A stretch of 57,552 nucleotides of DNA from Poseidonia sp. (GCF_029250625.1 NZ_JAQXEX010000031.1), one strand, 5' to 3'; counted from the first letter of the stretch, positions 10,987 to 26,602 are shown. Made by a program: numbers and translations. The notes: generated by a model from the sequence alone, not told the origin.

Positions 10987-13900
10987 CCTCGGAACTCTTG
11001 GAAGTATTGTTGAGTGTAGGAAAGCGCTTCAGCATGAGGGTAGCCTTGGGCGAGCAGGCCGTTGTAGTAGTCACGAGCAGGGTCGGGCATCGCCATCGGT
11101 TGAGGTGCAACTTGTGCAACGGGCTGAGCTTGGAAGTTGGGCATAGCAACTTGTGCAGCAGGTTGTGCCTGGAAATTAGGCATAGCAACTTGGCCAGCCA
11201 CAGCATCTGCCCAGATCTTTGTTTCATCCTCGCCTTTTCTACGAACAACTACCAACACGGCAATTCCTGCGAGAATGAGTATACCTACTCCTCCGGCAAG
11301 ATAGGTCGTCATGGAGCTTGCACTCTCGGCTTCATCATCAGCCTCTTTGATCCATCGTGTTGGGTCTTTTGGATATGCATCGGCTCCTTCAGCGAGACCC
11401 CAACCGTCAGTTGGGTCGGAGTAATTATCACCATCTTGGTCAAGACATCCGATGCGGTCAGCGCTCGAGTTACCGTAAATCATTGGGCAAGCATCTGCTC
11501 CATTGGCGGTGGTCCACGTGTCATCAGGATCCGAAAGTCCATCGCCGTCGCTGTCAGTGCAGCCAAAGCGGTCAATCTCCGAAGAGTCACGAATCTGAGG
11601 GCATGCGTCAGGCTGGAAACCGAGAGGGTTGTCGCCGTATCCGTCAATGTCACTGTCCGCCCATTGAGTGGGTTCGTCAAAGAAAGCATCTGCACCATCG
11701 GAGACGAAGTAATTGGACGCTGGATCAGGGTCAGAGACCCCGTCCTCGTCGTAATCTCCACATCCAAATCGGTCTGTGTAAGAACCACCAGGTCGCTGAA
11801 TGCAAGCGTCCGGCGTTGTTCCAGATTGGTTATCGCCGTATCCATCACCATCTTCATCGCTCCATTGTGTATCGTCAACTGGGAATGCATCTTGGAGGTT
11901 GTACCATCCGTCACCATCAGCATCCGGGCATCCTGCTGTGTCATCCTTCCATGAAGTGCCTTCTCGTATAGGACATGCATCCTGATTGTAGGCATTGGCG
12001 ACGTAGATTCCAGGCCAATTTGGATTTCTGTCATCCCAACTTTGGTTTGCATAATTATCTCCAAAACCGTCAGCATCGAAGTCCGACCACTGTGTGCTGT
12101 CATCAATGAATGCGTCTGCTCCATCCTCCACATTCCATAATGCATCGGGGTTGGAATATCCATCTCCATCGGAATCAGCACAACCAATGCGGTCCATGGT
12201 TGAGGTTCCCGCTGAATTTGGACATGCGTCTGGGTTGAGCCCATCGGGTGAATCTCCGTAGGTGTCCATGTCGCTGTCAGCCCACTGTGTTGGTTCGTTG
12301 ACGAATGCATCATCAACGTCCGCCCATCCGTCTCCGTCGGTGTCTGGGCAGGCTATCTTTCCATTTTCAGAAGAGTTTCCGTATACATTTGGACAATCGT
12401 CAGAAGAATCTGCCCAGTCATCGCCATCCGTGTCAAGGCATCCGACTTCCCCAAGCGTTGAGGTTCCTGGAACGCTGGAACAATCATCGCTTCCGTCACT
12501 GAAACCATCTCCATCATCGTCGTTGTCCTCATCGACATCTCTGCATCCGTCACCATCAATGTCTGTTGTGGAATCAGAAATCCATGTGGGACGAGGTGGG
12601 CTGTATGATGTGCGAGGGCATGCGTCGACGTCATCGTTAACACCGTCGTTGTCGATATCATTGTCTTCAATATTGTCTCGACATCCATCGCGGTCCCAAT
12701 CCGTAGAGTTGGCTGGGTCGTTGAAGTCTTGGGTAGACGTCCAGTTGTATTGACCTCCACGCGCACAGTTATCCGGTGCGTTGTCAGTCAGTCCGTCGTT
12801 ATCATCATCGGGATCGCATTCATCACCGTTCTCATCGAAATCAGTATTGCCTTGGCCAGGGTTCGAGACGGTTGGGCAATTGTCCTCAAAATCAGGAACT
12901 CCATCGCTGTCAGAATCTTGTTTCATGGATGAGTCAAAGGCCCAAACATAGACGTCCCAGCCTCCAGTGCTGGTAACGGTCGTTGTCCCTTTTGTGATAC
13001 TTGGTGATGAGCCTTGACCAGCAAAGGCACCAACAACTGCGACGACATCAGTGCCGTTGATTGCAATGCCTCTTCCTGTTTCAAAATCTGGACTATCAGT
13101 CACATCCAACCATGCCCATGAGCCCGTTTTAGAAACACCACCAACGATCCCATCAAAATTACCATCCGGCGTAACTGCCTTATTCCCAGCGGTAAAGGTT
13201 CCTTGGAGGTAGCCCGTGAAAATCAATTCATCCTTTGATGTCATATCCATTCCTTCCAGTACGTCATTGGTGTTTGTTCCACCAATCACAGCCCAGTTGC
13301 TGTTGGCAACTCCGCTTCCTTTCTTAATGAAGAAGACATCAGTTCCACCCTTATTTGCGGTGATGGACCAACCGCTTTGGGCAAGAGTTCCCTCAAAGGT
13401 TCCGCCCAAATACAAGGCACCCGTTGAGTCAATATCCAGGTGCTGTACGGATACAACCTGAGATGGAATTCCATAGCCTGTAATTCCGGCAACAGAACCT
13501 GCGCTTGTCATTTTGACGATGAAGGAGTCTTGTGTGCCCGCTACGGAGTAACTCGTTGTCCCGAAAAGAACATTGTTTTGCGTAAGGCACGAAATGTGAT
13601 GGTCACCGTTCAGGTCAGTTACGACGTCGGTAACGATCTGTTGTCCAATGCCGCCTCCATTCGTTACCCATTTGAGCGCTCCATTAGCACCGTCAAGTTT
13701 GGCGATAAACACCTCCTCGTTTGAGACGTTAATTGCAGTTCCACCAAAATCGGTTTCACCTGAAAAATATCCAGCCACGACGATATCGCCCGCAGTGTCT
13801 ACGGATATTGCTTGAGGAATACTCGCATCAGTTGTGGTGTTTGGAAGCGTTTGGAACGCAGTAGCCCATATCCAATTTCCCGTTGGGTCTGCAACAGCGA

Positions 13901-14408
13901 CGAAACCGTCCAGCACCTGAGTGTTCAAGATGGTCTGGCCAAAACTCACTTGACCAAACATATAACCGGTGATGACCGCCATACCATTGACCGTTGAGAT
14001 ATCTGTGAGGAATGAAACACCACCCGTGCTGTGATCAGCTCCGGTCAGGAACGTCCACGAACCGCTTGAATCTATGCCTGCGATGTAGAATTCATTTCCA
14101 TTTGAGAAGGGAGATGTTGGTTGAAGTTGATGGGTTCCAAAGGTCATTGAGCGGTTAAAGTCACCGCCAACAAAGTACCCGTCAAGGCCAGTCGTGATCA
14201 TGGTGTCAAATTCCTCGCCGGTGGCTGAGCCTCCTGCAGAAAGAAAGATTTCAGGGGATGAAGCACGGCCTGAGGCTTCGTCGATGCTCTGGGGTGAAGA
14301 CAATTCCGTTGGTACCGGTTGTTGATAGATGGTAAGTGGACTGAGAACACTCAGAACAAACAATACGACCAAGAACAAGGGTAGGCGATGGCTACGAACA
14401 CTCTGCAT
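10983..14408 (-). CDS. Secreted, membrane-anchored protein: beta-propeller-like N-terminus, thrombospondin type-3-like Ca-binding repeats, TM helix, Q/P/A-rich tail
   Basis: Signal peptide, repeated 'D.FIAKLD..G...W' blades, many DxDGDG repeats, TM helix YLAGGVGILILAGIAVLVVVRRK. Confidence 0.85.
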   Translation of the reverse strand: MQSVRSHRLPLFLVVLFVLSVLSPLTIYQQPVPTELSSPQSIDEASGRASSPEIFLSAGGSATGEEFDTMITTGLDGYFVGGDFNRSMTFGTHQLQPTSPFSNGNEFYIAGIDSSGSWTFLTGADHSTGGVSFLTDISTVNGMAVITGYMFGQVSFGQTILNTQVLDGFVAVADPTGNWIWATAFQTLPNTTTDASIPQAISVDTAGDIVVAGYFSGETDFGGTAINVSNEEVFIAKLDGANGALKWVTNGGGIGQQIVTDVVTDLNGDHHISCLTQNNVLFGTTSYSVAGTQDSFIVKMTSAGSVAGITGYGIPSQVVSVQHLDIDSTGALYLGGTFEGTLAQSGWSITANKGGTDVFFIKKGSGVANSNWAVIGGTNTNDVLEGMDMTSKDELIFTGYLQGTFTAGNKAVTPDGNFDGIVGGVSKTGSWAWLDVTDSPDFETGRGIAINGTDVVAVVGAFAGQGSSPSITKGTTTVTSTGGWDVYVWAFDSSMKQDSDSDGVPDFEDNCPTVSNPGQGNTDFDENGDECDPDDDNDGLTDNAPDNCARGGQYNWTSTQDFNDPANSTDWDRDGCRDNIEDNDIDNDGVNDDVDACPRTSYSPPRPTWISDSTTDIDGDGCRDVDEDNDDDGDGFSDGSDDCSSVPGTSTLGEVGCLDTDGDDWADSSDDCPNVYGNSSENGKIACPDTDGDGWADVDDAFVNEPTQWADSDMDTYGDSPDGLNPDACPNSAGTSTMDRIGCADSDGDGYSNPDALWNVEDGADAFIDDSTQWSDFDADGFGDNYANQSWDDRNPNWPGIYVANAYNQDACPIREGTSWKDDTAGCPDADGDGWYNLQDAFPVDDTQWSDEDGDGYGDNQSGTTPDACIQRPGGSYTDRFGCGDYDEDGVSDPDPASNYFVSDGADAFFDEPTQWADSDIDGYGDNPLGFQPDACPQIRDSSEIDRFGCTDSDGDGLSDPDDTWTTANGADACPMIYGNSSADRIGCLDQDGDNYSDPTDGWGLAEGADAYPKDPTRWIKEADDEAESASSMTTYLAGGVGILILAGIAVLVVVRRKGEDETKIWADAVAGQVAMPNFQAQPAAQVAMPNFQAQPVAQVAPQPMAMPDPARDYYNGLLAQGYPHAEALSYTQQYFQEFRG
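11122..11199 (-). repeat. Two 39-bp tandem coding repeats (QVAMPNFQAQP..)
   Basis: QVAMPNFQAQPAA QVAMPNFQAQPVA in the cytoplasmic tail. Confidence 0.8.
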
Positions 14409-14464
14409 ACTTTACGGGCAGGGCTCAAAGGCCATCAAGGCTTTGTTTCCTTGACGGTACAACT

Positions 14465-14764
14465 TCACTCCATGTTGGAGTCAAGAGCAAGCAAATCACT
14501 GTCACCAGCGTCAAGGACGGTGATGGTAGACACTGAGAAAGGCTTACCACAGGCGATACCGAGTTCACGGTTCACCATTGCTGCACGGTACATGGTCACT
14601 TCAGGGTGACTTGCACGCAAAGCGTCGGTATATTCTTCAGGGCAGTTGGCAGCAACAAGCACCAACTTTGCCTCTCCTTTAGCACAAGCGTCGTTTGCTT
14701 GGCGTTGTCCAAACAACAGGTTTCCTGTTGCGATTGCATTTTTCAATTGTCGGCTTAGATCCAT
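14465..14764 (-). CDS. rpl30e: 50S ribosomal protein L30e
   Basis: AKLVLVAANCP, ELGIACGKPFSVS, LDAGDSDLL; canonical position after rpoA''. Confidence 0.95.
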   Translation of the reverse strand: MDLSRQLKNAIATGNLLFGQRQANDACAKGEAKLVLVAANCPEEYTDALRASHPEVTMYRAAMVNRELGIACGKPFSVSTITVLDAGDSDLLALDSNME

Positions 14765-14810
14765 TTTTTATTCCTCCATTCTCCACATGTGTTTCTCATG
14801 GTTGGGAAAG

Positions 14811-19551
<4,741 letters not shown>

Positions 19552-19555
<4 letters not shown>

Positions 19556-22500
19556 CTTCGGTCCTCCAGTTCAAGGCGCATGGCCACTCCTAAACTCTTC
19601 ATTTCGTCTAGAAGTAGCTTGAATGCATATGAAGTCTGCACCTTGTAGACTTCTGCTCCATCTCCATGGATGGGGCTCACGTAGGTTCCACGCTTCGGGT
19701 CGTACCATGCAATGTGTCCAGATTGGGCACAGACATACATGTCAATACCGTCGGACTCATCGAGCAAACGGTCTTTGATGACCATCGATGCTCCGTGAGC
19801 AATCAGACAGTCACGTTCCATCTCACCAAATCGCAGACCACCTTGTCGGGCACGCCCTTCAGTCGGTTGGCGGGTCAAGATTTGTACACGTCCACGGGAA
19901 CGAGCGTGAATCTTGGAGGAGACCAGGTGGTGCAATCGTTGGTAGAAGATACATCCAACGAAGATGTCGGCAGGGTATGATTCACCGGTTTCACCGTTGA
20001 TCATGGTTTCACGGCCAGTGTGGTCAAGTCCGTTACGGACCAAACCATCACGCAGGCTGGATTCCTTTTCTCCACGGAATGCAGTACCGTCAACACGGCG
20101 GCCTTCCATAGCTCCAACCTTTCCACCGATCATTTCCAGAACGTGGGCCACGGTCATTCTCGAAGGAATTGCGTGTGGGTTGATGATGAGGTCGGGGACG
20201 ACGCCATCAGGGGTGAACGGCATGTCTTCAGGTTCAACCAAGCGTCCAATGACACCCTTTTGTCCGTGGCGGGAGGCGAATTTGTCTCCAACTTCAGGGA
20301 TTTTGTGGCTTCGGACCATGACACGGACCAAGCGGCCCGAGTCAAGGGATTCGGTGACGTAAACGTTGTCGACCCATCCCTTTTCGCCGTGGCGAACGAG
20401 CATTGAAGATTCCCGGCGTTCTTGGGCCATCAAAAAGGCTCCACCCGACGTCTCTTCTAGGAAACGAGGGGGGCTGGTCTTTCCAACCAACACGTTTCCA
20501 CCGATGAGTTCGGTTTCAGGAACAGGCAGTCCGTCGTTCTCCAAGTGCATGTAAGCTTCTGGCGTCTTGAGGCCCTTGATTTCCTGCTTTGAGGAACCGG
20601 GCTTTTCGATTTCTTCTACTTGTCCACCAGGGAATCTGCGGCGTTCTGCATTGTAGGTGCGGTTGAAGGTGGATCGGCCTAGGGCTCGGTCGATTGAACC
20701 CTTGTTCATGATGACAGCGTCTTGCATATTGTATCCGTGCAGGGACATGATGGCGACAATGAAGTTCTGTCCACCTGGGCGGTCATCGAAGTTCGTAGTA
20801 GCCATTGCTCGGGTTTTGGTAATCGAGCGCTGAGGGTAGTGCAGGATGTGAGCACGTGTGTCAGGTCGCATTCGGTAGTTGGCACTCGGCAATCCAAGCG
20901 ATTGCTTGACCATTGCAGTTCCACCGGTAACACGAGGTGTTGAGTTGTGTTCTGGGTAGGGGATGAGCGATGCACATACTCCCAAGACCAGTTGTGGGTC
21001 GATCTCACAATGGGTGTGTTCTTCGGTGTACAAGAGCGGGATTTCGAACTCAGTCGTGTTCCAGTCGCCGTTGGGCATGCGGACGTTGGCTCGTAGGTGA
21101 GCTGTTCGTGCGCCTGGTTCTCCGAGGTTCATCCACTCAATGTCCTCGTTCTTGACGGTACGGCCGGCAAGGCCGGCAGAGTCGCCTTCTGGGACGGTTT
21201 CTGGAAGTACGAACGGGCGTGGGGCGATGTAGAGGTCTTCTTCTTCCTCTGCATCAATCCACTCAACGATTCCTTCAATGACCAAGGAGCGGAAATTCAT
21301 TTCGCCACTGGTCAACTTTGAAAGATGCTCCAGGGTTAAGCGAGGAGCACCGTCGTAGAGGATGAGGACAGGTCGCAAAATACGTCCTTTGTCAGTGTTG
21401 ATGAAAATGTCCTTGTTTTCCTTGTCGTGTCGGATGGAGACCTCAGATGGAATCACACCGCGACGTCGAGCAGACTTGAAGTGCATGACCAATTTCTGTC
21501 CCTTCTTGTGGATTCCGTAAATGTCACCGTTCACGTGGATACGGTCACCATCGGTCCAGTCATCAGGTTGGTAAACTTCCAACTCATCAAGTCGTTCTCG
21601 GATTTCCACTTCATCGATGTTTTCGGAAATGTCAATCATTTGTGCGGCGTTCTTTACCAGTCCACAGTTTTGACCTTCAGGGGTCTCGTTAGGGCACAGG
21701 CGTCCCCATTGTGTGGGGTGGAGGTCACGTGCTTCAAAGTGAGGCTGACTTCGAACGAGCGGTGATGTGACACGGCGCATGTGAGATAGGGCCGCAAGAT
21801 AGGTGGTTCGGTCGAGGAGTTGGCTTACACCAGAGCGTCCGCCGACCCAGTTACCTGTCGCAAGTGCGTGCATGATTTTTGAGGTCAACACGTCAGGGCG
21901 AAGGCAGGAAGTAATCTTGAGTTCACGCTTTCGGTTGTGGTGTCGCTCAAGTTGGTACTTGAGGTCACGAGAGAGTTGACCTGCGGAGACACGGAAGAGG
22001 TCTTCAATGAGGTCTCCTGCAAGACGAACACGCTTGTTGGCGTAGTGGTCCTTGTCGTTCGGGTCTCGTCCTTCAATGGCCATTTCTAGAACTTGGCGGA
22101 CAATTCGGCCCAAGTAAATGGCCTTCTTGTCACGGTCTTCTTGGTTGTCTCCCAAGTGAGGAAGAAGTTCACGGTCTAGGAGTTGGTTGACTCGAGCTTC
22201 ACGGTACTCTTTTTGTTGCCCAGCTGCGAATTTCTTCTGAAGCCATTCGTGGCTTTCGTCTTTGGTTTCGACGCCGTATTCTTCGTTGTCCTTGACTTCG
22301 TTGATGTTGGCAACAATAAACTTGAATGAATCGGTGTTTCCAGCGATCGCTTGGAAAATTTGTTGGTCGTTTTCAACGCCAAGTGCTCGCATAAGGAGGA
22401 CGACGGGAATTGCAGTGGTTCCAGCAGTGCTGATTTTGACCATGAGCATTCCATCACGACGCTTTTCGACGGTGAGTGGTTTGCGCATACCGTCTTTCTG

Positions 22501-23169
22501 GGAGAAGATTTTTGCAACCTCAGTTTGCTTAGCATACCGCTTGTTGATTTCAACAGTCACGCGGTTAGGAGCAAGGTCTTCCATTGAGATGAGGACTCGC
22601 TCGGTTCCGTTGATGATGAAGTAGCCACCGGGGTCAAGAGGGTCTTCGCCTTTCTTGCGCAGAAGGTCATGCCAGTTTGCCTTGTCTTCATCAGAGGTGG
22701 TTGGTGCGAGGACACGGTCTCCAGCAATGTGCTTGGGGTGGAGGTTGCATCGTTCTGAGCGGACCATGATCGGCATGGAACCAACTTGAACGCCCTTCTC
22801 GGTAGGAGACGGGACACCGTTTCGCTTGATGGTGAAATCCATCGAAACAGGGGACATGTAGGTGAGCTTTCGCAGTCGGCATTGCATTGGAGTGGAGTCG
22901 TTGAGGGCTCCGTTGGCTTCCTTGACCATTGGCTTGCCGAGTTTCACGTTCTTGATTCGGATGACAATGTCTTGGTCGGCTACGTCGAGTTTGATGTATC
23001 CGCCTTCATCGTCGTTGAAATCTTCGTCGGTTCCGACACGGATGTTACGAATGATTTTCTCCATGCGGGAGAGGGAGTTCTCTGTAGCTGGGATACAGTC
23101 GTCGTATGATGCGAGTTGGTGGTTGACCAAGCTGCGTTCTCTGAAAAATGATTGAATGATTTCTTGCAT
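19552..23169 (-). CDS. rpoB: DNA-directed RNA polymerase subunit B (Rpo2, unsplit)
   Basis: GGYFIINGTERV, GDKFASRHGQKG, RFGEMERD. Confidence 0.97.
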
Positions 23170-23181
23170 GTTATCCTCTCC

Positions 23182-23832
23182 TCAGTTCCCCTCCACAATC
23201 AGCCGGTAGGCAATTGTGCGTCCTGCCGATGGGGATTGGCGGACGACTTTCAACACTCGGTCAGCAATCCATCCAGCAGCCAGTGGCTTGTGGTCGGGGT
23301 TAGCCGCAAGCCGGGCCATGTCTTCTGCTTCTGCGAGTTCTTTGATGACCTGGACAACCGGGTCGGTGATCAGGACCTTGGGTAGCAATTCCTTGGCGAG
23401 ACGATCTTCACCGGTCTCGGCATCTGGTTGCACCATGTTCCACGGGGCGAGTTCGGACAATTCAATGGCGAGTTGGTCTTCGTCAGAGATATTTGGCTCT
23501 CCAATGAGTTCTTGGTGAGGTACGAGAATGTGATTGAGTGCGTTGAAGCGAGAAGTAATCTCAGGTCGGTCAAAGTCGTCAATAGCCTTTGAGCGGATGG
23601 TGATCTTCTTGCTCTTCTTGGCAGCACGTCGGCGGGAGCCTTGTTCTGCGATGATGTTCATTGTGGTGACGAATTCTTCTGCGTCTTTGGAAATACCGAG
23701 GACAGAGGCGACTTCGTCGTGGCCCAAGTTCTTGATGTCGGTCATGTTTCGGTCTGTGGCGAGTTTGTGAGCGTAATCCTCAGAAACTCCCAGTTCCATT
23801 AAGCGTTTTTTAGTTGCACTTTTTACTACCAT
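23182..23832 (-). CDS. rpoH: DNA-directed RNA polymerase subunit H (Rpo5) with a ~95-aa N-terminal extension and internal insertions
   Basis: HILVPHQEL, LPKVLITDPVV, KVVRQSPSAGRTIAYRLIV; first protein gene of the rpo operon; GGGGTG RBS before ATG 23832. Confidence 0.9.
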   Translation of the reverse strand: MVVKSATKKRLMELGVSEDYAHKLATDRNMTDIKNLGHDEVASVLGISKDAEEFVTTMNIIAEQGSRRRAAKKSKKITIRSKAIDDFDRPEITSRFNALNHILVPHQELIGEPNISDEDQLAIELSELAPWNMVQPDAETGEDRLAKELLPKVLITDPVVQVIKELAEAEDMARLAANPDHKPLAAGWIADRVLKVVRQSPSAGRTIAYRLIVEGN

Positions 23833-23881
23833 TCTGACACCCCGCGAACGCCCTTGCACATGAGCCGGTAGATTCAGCAGG

Positions 23882-23955
23882 CGGGCCTGACGGGGTTCGA
23901 ACCCGCGACCATCGGATTAAAAGTCCGACGCTCTACCTGACTGAGCTACAGGCCC
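23882..23955 (-). tRNA. tRNA-Lys(UUU)
   Basis: Reverse complement GGGCCTGTAGCTCAGTCAGGTAGAGCGTCGGACTTTTAATCCGATGGTCGCGGGTTCGAACCCCGTCAGGCCCG folds as a cloverleaf. Anticodon TTT, no intron, CCA not encoded. Confidence 0.97.
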
Positions 23956-24136
23956 AAAGTAGCAACTTGGGCTTTCCGTCCGACCTTCAAGGTGTTATTA
24001 TACGTTTCGGGGGGTGGGTGACCTGCACTCATCGACCCCGATAACACATGATTTCCGGCATAGGGTGATAAAAACTGCGTTTCGGCCTTGTATGGGCAAT
24101 CCTCGGGATTGATGGACGCATAGACTCTTGAGGCTG

Positions 24137-25609
24137 ATGGGTTTGGAGTGCCATGTGAAAACAGGGCCGAACTTCAGCGCCGAGGCCGCCGAGGAGGAAA
24201 TTATGCGGCTTCAACGACCCGCTCAAAAAGTGGTTTGGACCTCGCCAACGCGCCAGTCGTTTCAGTTCGATTTGCCCGTGACAGTTTATCCTCCAAGAGA
24301 AGATACTTCTCTTTTGGCGGGAGCACTTCATCGACTGGGATTGCCTCATGGAACATCTTGCCTTGAAATCGGTTGCGGCAGCGGGGCAGTGTCCCTTCAT
24401 GCCGCAACTCTGGGGTGGAGGGTTGTTGCTTGTGACATCAACCCGTTTGCAGTCGCTTGTGCGCGTCATCATGCCTCGTTGTACGGTCAAACAATTACGG
24501 TACTGGAAGGGGGACCTGGCCCCGAGCTCGATGGTGGAGCAAACCAGTGGGGTGGTGATGCTCACTACGACGTGGTCATGTGGAATCTTCCATATTTGCC
24601 TCAGCCGGCGGAGGATGAGGATGTTTTGGGGCCAATGGAGGAATCAGCACTCATTGATAGCGACGAAAGAGGCCTCTTCATTCGGTACGTGGAACGGCTT
24701 GCTCATGGACAGTTAATCAAACAACATGGAGTCGCCCTTGCAGTCGTCTCAAGTCTACTCGACGGCCGAGATGCATGTTCAACCGCATGGAGGCACGGGC
24801 TGGCTGCAAGGATCTTTTCAGAAGAGGTATTCGAAGACGGTGAATCGTTGGTTTTAATCGCTATGTGGCATCCATTTGCGGGCAAGGAACGCCTGCACGA
24901 ACCGGTTGTTCAGAGCACCAATTCCGTTTTGTTGGAGCATTCGTACCCTGTCGGTGTCCGTCAAACAGCAAACGTTCAGCAGCAGGGGCGGGGCCGGAGA
25001 GGGCGGACATGGGAGTCTCTGGAGGGCGCTTTGGCCGCCTCTTGGGTAGTCGATGCTGGAACCAATTCGCTTCACAAGCCGGCTGACCAAGTACATCTCG
25101 GATACAATCTCATGAAATTATTCCAATCGTATGGTTCAGACCGCATCTGTCTCAAGTGGCCCAATGACCTCTACATCCGTTCTTCATTGTCAACTCCTTG
25201 GAGAAAATGCGCTGGAGTTTTGTTTGAAGGCAGGACGATGGGCAGTGGGCAACGGACGGTTCTCGGAATTGGCCTTAATCTCGCAGCGCCTTCCGACTCC
25301 GAATTTGCAGGCCTTTCTGAATTGGATCAACGTGTTGATGCAGAGGGCGTTCTGCCTCAACTTCATGCGGTTGTGGCTTCAATGTTTGAAGTTCAAGATG
25401 CGCCTAACATCCCTTTGACTGCTCCGTCGGAACACGCACTTGATGAGGCTTTGAAATTCGGTTCTACTGCCTTAGGGCCTCTCTTCTATAGGGGCGCTAA
25501 GGTTGATGTAGACGGCTTGAATGACGCCGGTTCCCTCCGGGTCAGGACAGAGTTGGGTGAAACTGTTTTATTGGATGACCCCGATGAATTGGAATGGTCA
25601 AACATCTAA
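24137..25609 (+). CDS. Fusion of HemK/PrmC-like SAM methyltransferase and biotin-protein ligase (BirA/BPL)
   Basis: N-half: VYPPREDT, LEIGCGSG, NLPY. C-half: STNS, QQQGRGRRGRTW, LKWPNDL, KCAGVLFE, LGIGLN. Start uncertain (24137, 24155 or 24203). Confidence 0.85.
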   Translation: MGLECHVKTGPNFSAEAAEEEIMRLQRPAQKVVWTSPTRQSFQFDLPVTVYPPREDTSLLAGALHRLGLPHGTSCLEIGCGSGAVSLHAATLGWRVVACDINPFAVACARHHASLYGQTITVLEGGPGPELDGGANQWGGDAHYDVVMWNLPYLPQPAEDEDVLGPMEESALIDSDERGLFIRYVERLAHGQLIKQHGVALAVVSSLLDGRDACSTAWRHGLAARIFSEEVFEDGESLVLIAMWHPFAGKERLHEPVVQSTNSVLLEHSYPVGVRQTANVQQQGRGRRGRTWESLEGALAASWVVDAGTNSLHKPADQVHLGYNLMKLFQSYGSDRICLKWPNDLYIRSSLSTPWRKCAGVLFEGRTMGSGQRTVLGIGLNLAAPSDSEFAGLSELDQRVDAEGVLPQLHAVVASMFEVQDAPNIPLTAPSEHALDEALKFGSTALGPLFYRGAKVDVDGLNDAGSLRVRTELGETVLLDDPDELEWSNI

Positions 25610-26107
25610 TTCTGCATCAAGGATCTCATCATCGAGGTCTTCTTCGTCTTGAGGGCCGTCGCGTTGGTACAAGCCGTACGCCAAAATGAGCCCACCGATT
25701 GGGAAGGGGAGCATGTCAATCTTGTACTTGCGATCAATGTCGAGGTCTAATGTTGCGCTCGCTCCTTTGGTGTCGATCTCATAGGTGTAGTACCCTCCTT
25801 CTGTAATCTCTAAGGATGTCGACGTTTCAACACCGCTTACCATTGGGATGCTTTCGGCACTGACGATTGTTCCGTCTTCGGCTTTCAAGACCATTCGCAC
25901 GGTGGTGTCGTTGTCAACGGTGATGGCGATTTCAAACGAATCTCCCGCCCACATTGATGCACCGTTAACGTAGGGTGGGCTTTCCTCAGCGTGCTCCACG
26001 GGCGTGACCCATGCAACCATGAAGAGTCCTCCGAGCAAAACGGTGACTCCTGTGAGGATGAGCGCATCGCTCATCTTCATTTTTGGTGCTGTTCCTCCAC
26101 CGCCCAT
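25598..26107 (-). CDS. Membrane protein with two TM helices flanking a small beta-rich domain
   Basis: N- and C-terminal hydrophobic helices, acidic tail; TTCATG box at -29 of ATG 26107. Confidence 0.7.
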   Translation of the reverse strand: MGGGGTAPKMKMSDALILTGVTVLLGGLFMVAWVTPVEHAEESPPYVNGASMWAGDSFEIAITVDNDTTVRMVLKAEDGTIVSAESIPMVSGVETSTSLEITEGGYYTYEIDTKGASATLDLDIDRKYKIDMLPFPIGGLILAYGLYQRDGPQDEEDLDDEILDAELDV

Positions 26108-26144
26108 GAGGTGGCCAACCAATGACTGACCATGAAGGTTAGGC

Positions 26145-26549
26145 TCACTTACGTTTCCTTGCTGGCTTCGGGAGGGCCATCCGTTCCCGAACCAAACGAA
26201 TTTTCCCGCTGGTCGTGATGCATTTGATCTCCATCCTCTGGATGGCGTCTTCGGTTTCAATCAGCGCCCGTACTCCTTTGGTCAGTTCCAGCGGGACTTG
26301 CAAGATTGCGACTCCTAGGTTGCTAACGGTCTGTTCGTTCATTGTGTTGAGATGTTCCAATGCGGTCTTGGCAGTATCGCTTTCACTGGGATGGAACTCC
26401 ATCAGCTTGATGGGCCGTTCAGATTGAAATGTAGATGCTACGGAGCTGATGAGCCCGTTCAAGGATGACCGCGTTTGATACCGGCTGCTGACAAGAATGC
26501 CAATCCAACGACGCTTCCCTCTAAGCGCCTTGCTCAACCGTTTGGCCAT
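26145..26549 (-). CDS. Rpp14/Pop5-family RNase P protein component (divergent)
   Basis: N-terminal LRGKRRWIGI and C-terminal ITTSGKIRLVR match the Pop5 'LR.K.RYI.F ... SGTI' pattern. Confidence 0.7.
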   Translation of the reverse strand: MAKRLSKALRGKRRWIGILVSSRYQTRSSLNGLISSVASTFQSERPIKLMEFHPSESDTAKTALEHLNTMNEQTVSNLGVAILQVPLELTKGVRALIETEDAIQRMEIKCITTSGKIRLVRERMALPKPARKRK

Positions 26550-26602
26550 GGCAGTTCCAAACATTCCTGCTTCATGACCTTTGAGTCAATTCCTACCATA
26601 GT

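Noticed and set aside
10914-11971. Long + strand ORFs (346 and 204 aa)
   Set aside because: Antisense shadows of the repeat-rich gene at 10983-14408.
23860-24130. Integrated element at tRNA-Lys
   Set aside because: No integrase, no duplicated tRNA 3' end seen, and the flanks are core genes.
24029-24565. 178-aa - strand ORF
   Set aside because: Antisense to the well-supported methyltransferase domain; no motifs.
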